Under the pieces are notes generated by a model. That model was given only the letters and a program-made list of their open reading frames with translations, searched no databases and was not told the origin of the DNA. Below, in pieces: positions 1 through 10,014 of a DNA stretch of 64,000 nt; within the stretch, counting starts at the first letter, position 1; every line of letters starts with the position of its first letter. Origin of the DNA: Candidatus Kapaibacterium sp. (GTDB taxonomy: Bacteria > Bacteroidota > Ignavibacteria > Kapaibacteriales > UBA2268); the NCBI GenBank assembly GCA_026418625.1, contig JAOABA010000015.1, positions 11,017 through 75,016 of the forward strand, read 5' to 3'. The translations under genes and the position numbers were made by a program.

Positions 1-1764
1 ATGAGTAGCGTTCCTTCGGGTCGTATAAATGGTCAAATTGCACCTAAAACTGGAAATTGGTATGAAGGTGCTGTTGGTGACACACTTGCTTTGACTAATA
101 AGCTCGTTACAATACCTACTACATCTCCTATAACCATAAATATTGAATTCGAAAATAATGGAGCAAGCGGAAAAGTAAAGACAAAAATTGTTTCAACTCA
201 GAATTTCAGCGGTTTGAAATTAAGAATAGTAATTGTCGAAAAAGAGCATTATTATGAAAATGCAGGTAATAATGGTGAAAAACTCTTCCCCGATATCGCT
301 CGTGTTATGCTTCCCGACCACAATGGCACTACTGTCAATCTTCAAGCAAATGTCGAACAAAATTTTGAATTCGATTATAACCTTAAACCAGAAGTAAATT
401 TTGAATTGAAAGCAGTTGTTTTCCTGCAAGATGATAATACTAAGGAAATACTCCAATCTGGTGTCGTATTCAAAAAGCCTACAATAACATTGAGTGCAAC
501 TGGTGCTTTACTTAAAGTTGGAGATCAAGCTAATCCATTTGTAAAAACATACTCTCTTGAGAATGGCGGAGCTTCTGATGTATCATTTAATTTTAAGGCT
601 GAAAAAACAGCCAGAACCCCAGCTGATTGGAATGCTGTTGTTAACAACGCTGGTCCTATAGTCGTCCCTGCTGGAGGAAAAGCAGATATTAACTTGACTT
701 TTACTCCCGGTTCAACTCCCGGTATTGGTGATGCTTACATTGTTGCTACAAAGACCGATGACCCAAATTCGAAATTGACCTCGAACAATATCACAATGCT
801 ATCATCAAATATTCAGTCTATTCATGTCAATGACAATGAATCAACCTATGACATAAATCCAGCTATTATGGTAGGTCATCAACCGTTTGACTACATTAAC
901 TTAAAACCATCCGAATTTGTAGAGCTTGGTAATGACCTAAAAAATTTAAAATATTTAATTTGGAGCACAGGCGCAGGGAACCAATTTAATGCCGCTCAAG
1001 CAAGTTTTCTGACAACAATTGTCAATAAAAATGTTAATACTATGGTTGTTGGAAATCTTTCAGTGGCTTCACTTAGTAGTGCAAATGCACTTGGATTATT
1101 TGGTGTTGAATATCTTGGATGGAATATGGAAGGTTATGGTTATTCTCCTTACACAGTTTGGCTTGCTGGTATCGAGGGTGAAGAAATTTCAGAATTTCTT
1201 GGAACAAATGTTCAGGGAAGTTTAAAGAGCTACCTCTTACCGGTTCTAAAAATTATTGATAATAATACTGATCCTATTCTCCGATTCAGAAGCGACGGAA
1301 GATATGTAAATTGGAAAAACAGAACTGATACTGTCAACATAAAGGGTGAAAATGCAATTATTGCAGCAAAATATTCTTTTGGAGATAATAGAAGAATCAT
1401 TATGGGGTTCACCCCGTTCGTTTTTGTCAATCAATCTCAAAGGGATGAGTTTATAAGAAGAGCAGTTCAATGGCTGGAATTAGGAGCATTAAGTGTTGAT
1501 AATGATCTTTTGTCAAATAATGATATTATTCTAACACCAAACCCTGCGAGTGATTATTTGAAGCTTGATTTAGCTACTCTGAGTGCTTCAAATGTTAATA
1601 TTTCGATTATTGATATGCTTGGTAATAAGGTTATATCTCAATTTTTTGATGAAATGGGAATATCAGAAGTAATTGATGTTTCAGGTTTAGCTTCTGGAAG
1701 CTATATACTGCAATTAGTCTCAGGTAAAAATCAAATTACAAAACCTTTTGTAATTGTTAAATAA
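1..1764 (+). CDS. Secreted protein with a type IX secretion (T9SS) C-terminal sorting domain. The 5' end is cut off by the window edge, so the true start is upstream.
   Basis: Open frame from base 1 with no start codon. The last ~80 aa (LTPNPASDYLKLDL...GSYILQLVSGKNQITKPFVIVK) match the Por/T9SS C-terminal domain pattern. A terminator hairpin follows the stop. Confidence 0.6.
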   Translation: MSSVPSGRINGQIAPKTGNWYEGAVGDTLALTNKLVTIPTTSPITINIEFENNGASGKVKTKIVSTQNFSGLKLRIVIVEKEHYYENAGNNGEKLFPDIARVMLPDHNGTTVNLQANVEQNFEFDYNLKPEVNFELKAVVFLQDDNTKEILQSGVVFKKPTITLSATGALLKVGDQANPFVKTYSLENGGASDVSFNFKAEKTARTPADWNAVVNNAGPIVVPAGGKADINLTFTPGSTPGIGDAYIVATKTDDPNSKLTSNNITMLSSNIQSIHVNDNESTYDINPAIMVGHQPFDYINLKPSEFVELGNDLKNLKYLIWSTGAGNQFNAAQASFLTTIVNKNVNTMVVGNLSVASLSSANALGLFGVEYLGWNMEGYGYSPYTVWLAGIEGEEISEFLGTNVQGSLKSYLLPVLKIIDNNTDPILRFRSDGRYVNWKNRTDTVNIKGENAIIAAKYSFGDNRRIIMGFTPFVFVNQSQRDEFIRRAVQWLELGALSVDNDLLSNNDIILTPNPASDYLKLDLATLSASNVNISIIDMLGNKVISQFFDEMGISEVIDVSGLASGSYILQLVSGKNQITKPFVIVK

Positions 1765-1833
1765 TATTGTTTTAGATTTGCTTAACTTGCTTAATAGCAA
1801 TTTACTCTTATCTAAGTAAAATTTTTATTATTT

Positions 1834-1882
1834 AAAGCTTTACATTCATTGAATTTTCATCAGCGAGTGTAAAGCTTTTTTA
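1834..1882 (+). terminator. Rho-independent terminator after the T9SS-protein gene.
   Basis: Inverted repeat aaagctttaca (1834-1844) and tgtaaagcttt (1868-1878), followed by a T-run (ttttttatt). Confidence 0.5.
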
Positions 1883-1939
1883 TTAACTCATATTATTAAA
1901 AATTTCTAACAATCCCTTATTATCTATTAAGAAATAAAA

Positions 1940-2830
1940 AACATTTTAAAGTCATACTGAACGAAGTGAAGCATCTTTTTTAAATTTTAGAATAATTAAG
2001 TCTAAACTTTGCGTTCTTTATGAATCCTCTGCGTCCTTTGCGTGAAATTCTTTTTATTTCTCGCAGAGTTCGCAAAGTCACCCGCAGAGTTCGCAGAGAT
2101 TTTTTTGCTTACATTTTTCAATGAACATTTTTTGAATGAGAAACACTTATTTCAAATCATAATGGATTCTTCAAAAGTTCGATTCTTAAAATGACCAGAA
2201 ATATAATTACTTCAAACATTTCTTTCTAATTTTTTAGAATAATTATGTTTAAAACTCTGCGTTCTCTTTGAATCCTCTGCGTCCTTTGCGCGAAATTCTT
2301 TTTATTTCTCGCAGAGTTCGCAAAGTCACCCGCAGAGTCCGCAGAGATTTTTTTGCTTACATTTTTCAATGAACATTTTTAAAATTGAAACACTTATTTC
2401 AAATCATAATGGATTCTTCAAAAGTTCGATTCTTAAAATGACCAGAAATATAATTACTTCAAATATTTATTTCCTTTTTTTATTAATTTAGTTTAAAACT
2501 CTGCGTTCTCCTTGAATCCTCTGCGCCCTTTGCGTGAAATTCTTTTTATTTCTCGCAGAGTTTGCAGATTTTTTTTTCTTACATTTTTCAATGAACATTT
2601 TTTGAATAAGAAACACCTATTTCAAATTATAATAGGACCTTCCAAACTTTTTTTGTCAGGTTGACAAAGAAAAATAATTACTTCAAATATTTTTCCCAAT
2701 TTTTAGAATAATATGTTTAAAACTCTGCGTTCTCTTTAAATTCTCTGCGTCCTTTGCGTGAAATTCTTTTTATTTCTCGCAGAGTTCGCAAAGTTTTTTA
2801 AGAACTTCAGATTTTTACTTAAGAGTTGAA
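1940..2830. repeat. Tandem array of about 3.6 copies of a ~245-bp structured repeat, here called orientation A. It fills the gap between two convergent genes.
   Basis: Units start near 1983, 2228, 2476 and 2700 and are over 90% identical across most of their length. Each unit carries nested CTTTGCG/CGCAAAG and CTCTGCG/CGCAGAG inverted repeats, ending in CGCAGAG + attttttt. The same family recurs inverted at 52030-52925 and degenerate at 31729-31900. Confidence 0.85.
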
Positions 2831-2844
2831 TTTGGAAAATTAGA

Positions 2845-3939
2845 TTATTTTATTGGAATCAAAACTTTAACGACAGTTTGCTTATCAGGTTCACTATCAA
2901 TTGTAAGTTTACCATTATAAATTTCAGTAATCTTCTTAACAATTGCAAGACCGAGACCCAAGCCCTGCTGTTCAAATTCTCGTCTATTAAATTGTTGAAA
3001 AGCTCCAATTGCATTTATTTCTTCTGCTGTCATTCCTCTGCCGAAATTTGTAACTTCTATTATCAAATTATTATCATAAACCCTAACTTTAAGCTCAACG
3101 TTTGTATCCCTTTGAGAAAATTTAAATCCATTATGAACTAATTCCTCAATGATTTTAAGAAAGTGCTCGCTTGATATTTTACCTTTGATAACACCGAGAT
3201 TAATAACTAAGTCGTTTTTTCTTCGATAAATGTCAGCTATATTATTACACATATTAATAATCATATCATCGGTAACATTGAGCATTTGCTCCTCTTTTTC
3301 TGAAATAATATGTTCATTTGCCAGTAATTTTGTATAAAAAATATAGTTCACAATAAGTCTTAAAAGTCTCAAACCCGCATCGTGAATGTTATCAAAAATA
3401 GTCTGTAGTTCTTGCTCTTCCATTTCTTTATAACCCGAACGCAATATTTGAGAAAAGCCAAGAATAGTATTCAATGGAGTTCTTAACTCATGGGGTATAG
3501 ATGTTGTTATATTTAATATTAGATTTTCAAGTTGTTTATCGTAGAAATCATAAGCCTTTTTCTTGTATTCAAGTCTTGTATTAATTGAATTAATAATATC
3601 TGTATAGTCAAAAGGTTTAGTAATATAATCATCAGCACCAAGTTCCATTCCCCGTCTTAAATCATTTTTTTCACTTTTAGCCGTAAGGAAAATAAATGGA
3701 GTGGAGAATGTCTTCGGATTAGAACGAACAAATTGAAGAACTTCATAACCATTTTTTTCTGGCATAGTAACATCACAAATAATAAGATCCGGATTACTAA
3801 TATTTAATAAATCAATTCCAACCAAGCCGTTATTTGCTGTCTGGACCTGATGGTTTTCAAGTTCGAGGATTTCTACAATATTTTCTGTAACTTCAGGATC
3901 GTCTTCAATTAATAATATTCTTGCCATTGATTTTATCAT
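2845..3939 (-). CDS. Hybrid two-component protein: N-terminal response-regulator receiver (REC) domain fused to HisKA and HATPase_c kinase domains.
   Basis: REC signature (LLIEDD...DLIICDVTMPEKNGYEV...FLTAKSEKND...GADDYITKP). H-box HELRTPLNTILGFSQIL. C-terminal G-box GLGLGLAIVKKITEIYNGKLTI. Its start overlaps the stop of the upstream kinase gene by 35 nt. Confidence 0.85.
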   Translation of the reverse strand: MIKSMARILLIEDDPEVTENIVEILELENHQVQTANNGLVGIDLLNISNPDLIICDVTMPEKNGYEVLQFVRSNPKTFSTPFIFLTAKSEKNDLRRGMELGADDYITKPFDYTDIINSINTRLEYKKKAYDFYDKQLENLILNITTSIPHELRTPLNTILGFSQILRSGYKEMEEQELQTIFDNIHDAGLRLLRLIVNYIFYTKLLANEHIISEKEEQMLNVTDDMIINMCNNIADIYRRKNDLVINLGVIKGKISSEHFLKIIEELVHNGFKFSQRDTNVELKVRVYDNNLIIEVTNFGRGMTAEEINAIGAFQQFNRREFEQQGLGLGLAIVKKITEIYNGKLTIDSEPDKQTVVKVLIPIK

Positions 3940-6754
3940 TATTGATAAACATAATTGTAAATTCAGAACCTTCGTTAATCTTACTTTTTACATAAATTGT
4001 TCCGTTGATTGCATTAAGACAGCTTTTTACTATAGCTAATCCAAGTCCTGTTCCAGGATAAAGTTCTACATTTTTTGACCTATAAAAAGGTTCAAATAAA
4101 TTAAGTTGATCTTCATCGGGAATTCCAATACCTCGGTCAATTATCTTTATGCCCATAATATCATTTTGTGCTGACAATTCAATTGTAATTAAATTGTTAT
4201 TAGGTGAATATTTTACTGCATTGCTAAGTAAATTAAAAAGTATTTTTTTCAATAAAAGTTTATCTGTAAAAATAAATTTGATATTCTTATCATTTATTAT
4301 CTCAAACGTATGGTTTGAATTATAAATAATTTTTAAGTCTTCGAAAATTTCATCAAATAACTCAAATAAATCAAATTTTTCTGGAGAAAATTTAATCTTT
4401 CCAGCTTCACTTTTTGAAATAGTAACAACATTTTCAAGAAGATTGACTAACGATTTAACTGAAGTTTTTATTTTTGTTAAATGTTTGTCCAAACTATCAT
4501 AACTACTTCTTTTGATGTATTCCTCTATCAAATGGACTGATGAGTTTATTATAGTTAATGGAGTGCGATATTCGTGGGAAACCATATTAATGAAACTTGA
4601 TTTGAGTTCGTTCAGTTCTTTTTCTTTATCTAATGCTAATGAGAGATTATCTTTGATTGCAAGTAGTTCTAATTCTGTTCTTTTTCTTTCTTCGTTTTCA
4701 AAAGTTAGCTCTTCATAGGCTTGTTGGAGTTGATGGGTACGTTCTTTGACTTTTTCCTCTAAAATTTGATTCATATTTTCCAACTTATGCTTAGCAACAA
4801 CTCTATCAGACACATCTGAAAGTATTACAGCACATTTATTTTTTTCGGGTGAAAAGAATGATAAATCAAAATATGCTTCATCTGAAAATTTTACCTCTTC
4901 CAAAAAATAATTTTTTCCATTAATAGCAACATCATAAGCAATTTTATCAAATCCTTGAAATTTATCATAAACTTGTGATGCTTTCTTCCCTATTATATCT
5001 TTTTTACTGATATTTAAAAACTTTTCAGCCGTTGGATTAATATCCACAAAAGCAAAATCATACGTTCCATCATCTTCAAATATGATTTCGCAAAGAATCA
5101 ACCCTTCTAACATCATATTAAATAAGTTCCTGTATTTTGCCTCGCTAATCTGAAGGGCTTTTTCCTTTTCTCTCATATAAGTGATATCGGAAATAAAGCC
5201 TTCGAGCGCCAAAACCTGATTGTTTTCTTCGTCAAAAATTGCCCTTCCTCTTTCCCAAAGCCATTTGATTTCTTTATTCTTAGATAATATTCTATAACTC
5301 AGAGTATAGCTGGAACCATCTTGAATAGCTTTTTGGATAGTATCCCATACGTATTGTCTGTCATCTGGTAATATGAGGTCATTATATGAAATTTTTTTAT
5401 TACCAACTATTTCACTGGAATGATAACCTGTTATTTCATAGCAGCCGTCACTTATAAATTGCATTGTCCAATGTCTGTCATTAAGGCATCTATATGCCAT
5501 ACCGGGCAAATTGCTTATTAATGTTTTTAATTTTCTCTCATTCTCTTTAATTAACTCGTTTGCTTTTTTAATCTCAGTTATGTCTCTTGCTGTTCCTAAA
5601 ATTACCTGAAATCCATTTAACTTAATAACGTGATTAGAAAATTCAACAAATCTAATCAATCCACTTTTTTTTATTATCCTAATTTCAAAAGGGTTATAAT
5701 CTGGAGACCTCAATATTCCGGTTTGCAAATAAAGCTTTAATTTATGTTTATCATCCGGATGGATAATATTCAAAATATTCATTCCAAACAGTTCTTCTTT
5801 GGAATAGCCAGTAATTTCACTTGCGACGGAGTTAGAGAAAATGATAATATTGCTTTTTGTAATATAAATTGCTTCCTTTATATTCTCAACCACAGTCCTA
5901 TAAAGTAATTCGCTTTCTCTTAAAGCTGTTTCTGCTTTTTTTCTCTCTGTGAAGTCGTCAATTATACCTTGATAGCCTATCGTCTGCCCTTGAGCAGATT
6001 TTATCTCAATAGAATTCAACAAAGCAATTATTGTTTCCCCGTTTTTCTTCTTTAGCTCGACTTCAAAATCCTTAACATAGCCATTTACTGCTATCTCTGC
6101 TTGAAAAAGAACTCTATGAGATGGATCTTTATATAAATCAACTGAATTTATGTTAAATAATTCGTCTCTTGAGTAGCCAAGTAATTTCTCAAATGATTTA
6201 TTGAAGTCAATTATAGTTCCATCAACAAGGGAATAGTAAACAGCATCAACTGAATTTTGAAAAAGAACCTGATATTTTTCTTTTATTTCGTGGTGTTGAT
6301 TTTCTAAAGTGTTGAGTTTTCTTCTTTTTTCTATTATTGATAATGAATTTTCTAATATTTTTTCAATTAACTCATTATCAAAATTTTCAGATGTATCAAG
6401 AAAGCAATCTAAAGCATTATATTCTAATTTAGCTAATATAAATTCCCTTGTATAAACTTTTGAATAAAGAATAAAATTAAGTCCAATAAAATTCAGTATT
6501 GATACTATCTTGTCTAATATATCAAATTCAATATCATAATTTACTATTGCAATTTCGAATTGATTTAAAATGTGTGAGTTTCTGATTATATAGCTTTCAT
6601 CTGCATTAGTAATATTGAAAAGAGATTTATTGAGATTTTTGGTGATTCTAATAAAACCATCTTCATTAAAACCTATAAGGATAATTTCGTATTTATTTTC
6701 GGCTTCTTTTTTGGTAGAATAATATTTTAAAACGGTATTTAACTGCTCGTTCAT
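3905..6754 (-). CDS. Soluble multi-PAS sensor histidine kinase.
   Basis: No N-terminal transmembrane segment. Several PAS-like blocks are followed by an H-box (SHEYRTPLTIINSS) and an HATPase_c G-box (GTGLGLAIVKSCLNAINGTIYV). Translationally coupled to the REC-kinase hybrid downstream. Confidence 0.85.
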   Translation of the reverse strand: MNEQLNTVLKYYSTKKEAENKYEIILIGFNEDGFIRITKNLNKSLFNITNADESYIIRNSHILNQFEIAIVNYDIEFDILDKIVSILNFIGLNFILYSKVYTREFILAKLEYNALDCFLDTSENFDNELIEKILENSLSIIEKRRKLNTLENQHHEIKEKYQVLFQNSVDAVYYSLVDGTIIDFNKSFEKLLGYSRDELFNINSVDLYKDPSHRVLFQAEIAVNGYVKDFEVELKKKNGETIIALLNSIEIKSAQGQTIGYQGIIDDFTERKKAETALRESELLYRTVVENIKEAIYITKSNIIIFSNSVASEITGYSKEELFGMNILNIIHPDDKHKLKLYLQTGILRSPDYNPFEIRIIKKSGLIRFVEFSNHVIKLNGFQVILGTARDITEIKKANELIKENERKLKTLISNLPGMAYRCLNDRHWTMQFISDGCYEITGYHSSEIVGNKKISYNDLILPDDRQYVWDTIQKAIQDGSSYTLSYRILSKNKEIKWLWERGRAIFDEENNQVLALEGFISDITYMREKEKALQISEAKYRNLFNMMLEGLILCEIIFEDDGTYDFAFVDINPTAEKFLNISKKDIIGKKASQVYDKFQGFDKIAYDVAINGKNYFLEEVKFSDEAYFDLSFFSPEKNKCAVILSDVSDRVVAKHKLENMNQILEEKVKERTHQLQQAYEELTFENEERKRTELELLAIKDNLSLALDKEKELNELKSSFINMVSHEYRTPLTIINSSVHLIEEYIKRSSYDSLDKHLTKIKTSVKSLVNLLENVVTISKSEAGKIKFSPEKFDLFELFDEIFEDLKIIYNSNHTFEIINDKNIKFIFTDKLLLKKILFNLLSNAVKYSPNNNLITIELSAQNDIMGIKIIDRGIGIPDEDQLNLFEPFYRSKNVELYPGTGLGLAIVKSCLNAINGTIYVKSKINEGSEFTIMFINNDKINGKNIIN

Positions 6755-6772
6755 AATTTTTCCCCAATAGCA

Positions 6773-8083
6773 TCATAAATTATCGGAATAGAAGCCAGAT
6801 TTCATTAACCAACCACGAATTTTGTTCGAGATAGCATCCTTTTTCTTGTGTAATTTCAGAAATTGCTCAAAGTCCTGAGCTGCTAAATGGTATTTTTCTA
6901 ATTTTCTAAAAACAACAGCACGATTTAAATAAGATTTTGCATAGTCTGGTTTAATTTCTATAGCGTTTGTAAATTCTTCAATTGCTTTGTCATAAGCTTT
7001 CAATTTATAGTAAATAGTTGCTTTGGCGAATAAAGCACTAATGAAATTGGGAGAGATTTTAAGTGCTTTTGTAAGGTCGCTTAAAGCTTCTTTATATTGA
7101 CTGAGATGGATATAAGCATTGCCTCGCCCAAAATATGCTTGTGCTGAGGATGAATCCAATTCTATTGCTTTATCAAAATCAATAATGGCTTCTATATAAT
7201 TGCCCATTTTAATATTGGTATTGCCCCTATTAACATAAATTTGGGAGGAATTTGTTAATAACAACAAAGCTCTGTCGTAATTTTCTAATGCTAATTCATA
7301 TTCCTTTAGTCCGAAATATGCTATGCCACGATTATTATAATAATTCCCATCATTAGGTTCAAGAGAAATAACCGCATTAAAATCATCCAGTGCTGCTTTA
7401 TACTGCTTTAATATCAAATAAATCATCCCCCTGTAATTTCTTGCAATGGCTGATTCAGGTGATAATGTTACTGCTGCATTAAAGTCAGCCAAAGCCTCCT
7501 TAAACATTTTCAATTTTGAGTGAACAAGTCCCCTTGATATATATGCTTTTTCGTAGCGTGGATTGAGGGATAAAGCTTTATGATAATCTTGAAGTGATTG
7601 ATGATAGTTTTCAAGTTCAAAATTTGAGGAAGCTCTATAAAAATATGAAAGCATATATTCCGGATTTAATTCAATAGCTTTATCAAAATTTTCAATTGCT
7701 TCTGCAAACTTGCTCAAACGAAATAAAGCCAGACCTTTCCTATAATATGCATAAGAAAAATCAGGATTATATTTAATTGCACTATTAAAATCTTTTATGG
7801 CTCTGTCATATTGATTAAGCTCTAATAGAGCAATACCCCTTTTGAAATAAGCAAAAGCAAATTCAGTGTTAAGAAGGATTGCATTATTGAAATAAACAAT
7901 AGCTTCCTGAAAATTTCCTTTGTCGGATAGAGCGTTTCCACATTTGAAATGAGCAAAAGAAGCTCTTGAATTGACTTCAATTGCAGATTTATAGGCTTCA
8001 ATAGCTTTATCGAGTTCTCCCGATTTATATGCTATATCGCCTTCCTCGACCCACTCTTCGACAGTTTTCGATTTAACATCCAT
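6773..8083 (-). CDS. Tetratricopeptide (TPR) repeat protein.
   Basis: About 12 consecutive 34-residue repeats with the A/Y/F...A..(Y/F)...A....P pattern (for example AIEAYKSAIEVNSRASFAHFKCGNAL). Confidence 0.8.
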   Translation of the reverse strand: MDVKSKTVEEWVEEGDIAYKSGELDKAIEAYKSAIEVNSRASFAHFKCGNALSDKGNFQEAIVYFNNAILLNTEFAFAYFKRGIALLELNQYDRAIKDFNSAIKYNPDFSYAYYRKGLALFRLSKFAEAIENFDKAIELNPEYMLSYFYRASSNFELENYHQSLQDYHKALSLNPRYEKAYISRGLVHSKLKMFKEALADFNAAVTLSPESAIARNYRGMIYLILKQYKAALDDFNAVISLEPNDGNYYNNRGIAYFGLKEYELALENYDRALLLLTNSSQIYVNRGNTNIKMGNYIEAIIDFDKAIELDSSSAQAYFGRGNAYIHLSQYKEALSDLTKALKISPNFISALFAKATIYYKLKAYDKAIEEFTNAIEIKPDYAKSYLNRAVVFRKLEKYHLAAQDFEQFLKLHKKKDAISNKIRGWLMKSGFYSDNL

Positions 8084-8194
8084 GTTATTTATTTAATTAT
8101 CTCTACAATTTTATATTATCGGTTTTGCTCTTTTCAACTAAAGTTTTTTTGATAAATTTGTTATTACTAAAATAAATAAAATTAAATTTCATTT

Positions 8195-8941
8195 ATGATA
8201 AAAAACAAAAAGATTGTTGTTGTTCTTCCAGCATACAATGCAGAAAAAACCCTTGAAAAAACATATAGCGAAATCCCGATGGATATTGTTGACGAGGTAT
8301 TATTGGTTGATGATGCAAGCAATGACAAAACAGTCGAAATAGCAAAGAAATTAGGAATTAAATATTTACAACACAGCGATAATCTCGGTTATGGTGCCAA
8401 TCAAAAAACTTGTTATTCAAAGGCACTTGAGCTTGGTGCTGATATAATTATTATGCTACATCCAGACTATCAATATACTCCAAAGTTAATACATTCAATG
8501 GCTTACATAATTGCAAACGACATTTACCCAGTTGTTTTTGGATCGAGGATTTTAGGAAAAGGTGCTTTAAAAGGTGGTATGCCAATTTATAAATATATCG
8601 CAAATAGGATTCTTACTTTATTACAAAATATAATTATTAGCCAAAAATTATCAGAATACCACACTGGTTATCGTGCATACTCATCAGAGGTATTGAGAAA
8701 AATTAATTATCTAAATAATTCTAATGATTTTATCTTTGATAATGAAGTTGTTGCACAAATATTTATGGCTGGATACGAAATTGCAGAAATAACCTGCCCA
8801 ACAAAATATTTCAAAGACGCTTCCTCAATTAATTTCATAAGAAGTATTAAATATGGGTTTGGGGTTTTGAGAGTATCTCTTTTGTATTTTTTACATAAGT
8901 TGGGCATAAAAAAAATAAAACTATTTAAGATGAATAATTAA
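8195..8941 (+). CDS. Family 2 glycosyltransferase, resembling dolichyl-phosphate sugar transferases.
   Basis: N-terminal GT-A signature VVLPAYNAEKTL...LLVDDASNDKT, with D-x-D-like motifs. Confidence 0.75.
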   Translation: MIKNKKIVVVLPAYNAEKTLEKTYSEIPMDIVDEVLLVDDASNDKTVEIAKKLGIKYLQHSDNLGYGANQKTCYSKALELGADIIIMLHPDYQYTPKLIHSMAYIIANDIYPVVFGSRILGKGALKGGMPIYKYIANRILTLLQNIIISQKLSEYHTGYRAYSSEVLRKINYLNNSNDFIFDNEVVAQIFMAGYEIAEITCPTKYFKDASSINFIRSIKYGFGVLRVSLLYFLHKLGIKKIKLFKMNN

Positions 8942-8998
8942 TTACTTCGTCAATTCTAATTCTTAATTATAATTTTAACGAAACTATAGCTTTAAATA

Positions 8999-10003
8999 AT
9001 GGGATTATTCGATAAATTTAAGGAAAAAATTGCTTCTGCAGTTCAATCAACTACTGAAGCCCTTGGTTTTAATAAAGTTCAGAAAGGGTTAGAGAAAACA
9101 CGGTCAAACTTCTTTCAAAAATTTCAATCAATACTCGGCATCGGTAGAAAAATTGACCAATCACTTTTGAATGACATTGAGGATATATTAATTTCATCTG
9201 ATATTGGTATTAAATCCACTGAAAAAATTATCAAAGCTTTAAAGGAAAGAATTAAAAAAGAAGGTTTCGAGGACTCAAGTGATGTCATACTTATCTTAAA
9301 GGAAGAAATCCAAAAGATACTCGTAGAATCGCCGTCTGCCAATGTAGATAGAGAATATAAAATTGATGAAAATAATAAGCCTCACACAATTTTAGTAATT
9401 GGCGTGAATGGTGTTGGTAAGACAACAACTATCGGGAAACTTGCTTATAACTATAAACAGGTTGGGAGGAAAGTTCTTATCGGTGCGGCAGATACTTTCA
9501 GAGCCGCTGCAAACGAACAATTGGAAATTTGGGCTGAAAGAGCGGGTGTTCCTATTGTGCAGCAAAAGCAAGGCGCCGACCCAGCATCTGTTGCATACGA
9601 TACTCTTAATTCAGCTATCTCTAAAGGTTTCGATGTAGTTATTATTGACACAGCTGGAAGACTACACAATAAAACGAATCTAATGGCAGAGCTTGAAAAA
9701 ATTTCGAGGGTTATGAAAAAACTTAAAGCTGATGCTCCAAACGACGTTTTTCTTGTTCTTGATGCAACAACTGGTCAAAATGCTATTCAACAGGCTAAGG
9801 AATTTTCTAAAGTTGCTCAAATTACTGGTATTATATTAACAAAGTTAGACGGCACTGCAAAGGGAGGCGTTGTCATACCTATCGCTGATGAACTTGGAAT
9901 CCCTGTCCGATATATTGGTGTAGGAGAAAAAATTGATGATTTGCAGGTTTTCGACCCAGTGCTTTTCGTTGAAGCATTATTTGATAATAATGAAACAAAC
10001 TAA
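8999..10003 (+). CDS. ftsY: Signal recognition particle receptor FtsY.
   Basis: SRP GTPase NG domain: GVNGVGKTTTIGKLA, DTFRAAA, DTAGR, TKLDG. The N-terminal acidic domain is short. Confidence 0.9.
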   Translation: MGLFDKFKEKIASAVQSTTEALGFNKVQKGLEKTRSNFFQKFQSILGIGRKIDQSLLNDIEDILISSDIGIKSTEKIIKALKERIKKEGFEDSSDVILILKEEIQKILVESPSANVDREYKIDENNKPHTILVIGVNGVGKTTTIGKLAYNYKQVGRKVLIGAADTFRAAANEQLEIWAERAGVPIVQQKQGADPASVAYDTLNSAISKGFDVVIIDTAGRLHNKTNLMAELEKISRVMKKLKADAPNDVFLVLDATTGQNAIQQAKEFSKVAQITGIILTKLDGTAKGGVVIPIADELGIPVRYIGVGEKIDDLQVFDPVLFVEALFDNNETN

Positions 10004-10014
10004 ACATATTAATT

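Noticed and set aside
220-456. Short ORFs on the strand opposite to, or nested within, larger genes. Examples: 220-456, 1019-1470, 2878-3141, 9124-9669, 13539-14308, 22652-23583, 24081-24569, 37140-37568, 39127-39537, 40379-40896.
   Set aside because: They lie inside, or antisense to, long well-supported coding regions. They have odd composition and no motifs. These are typical AT-rich-genome artefacts.
1940-2830. Could the repeat arrays be CRISPR arrays?
   Set aside because: The units are ~245 bp and similar along their whole length. There is no alternation of short conserved repeats with unique spacers. No cas genes are nearby.
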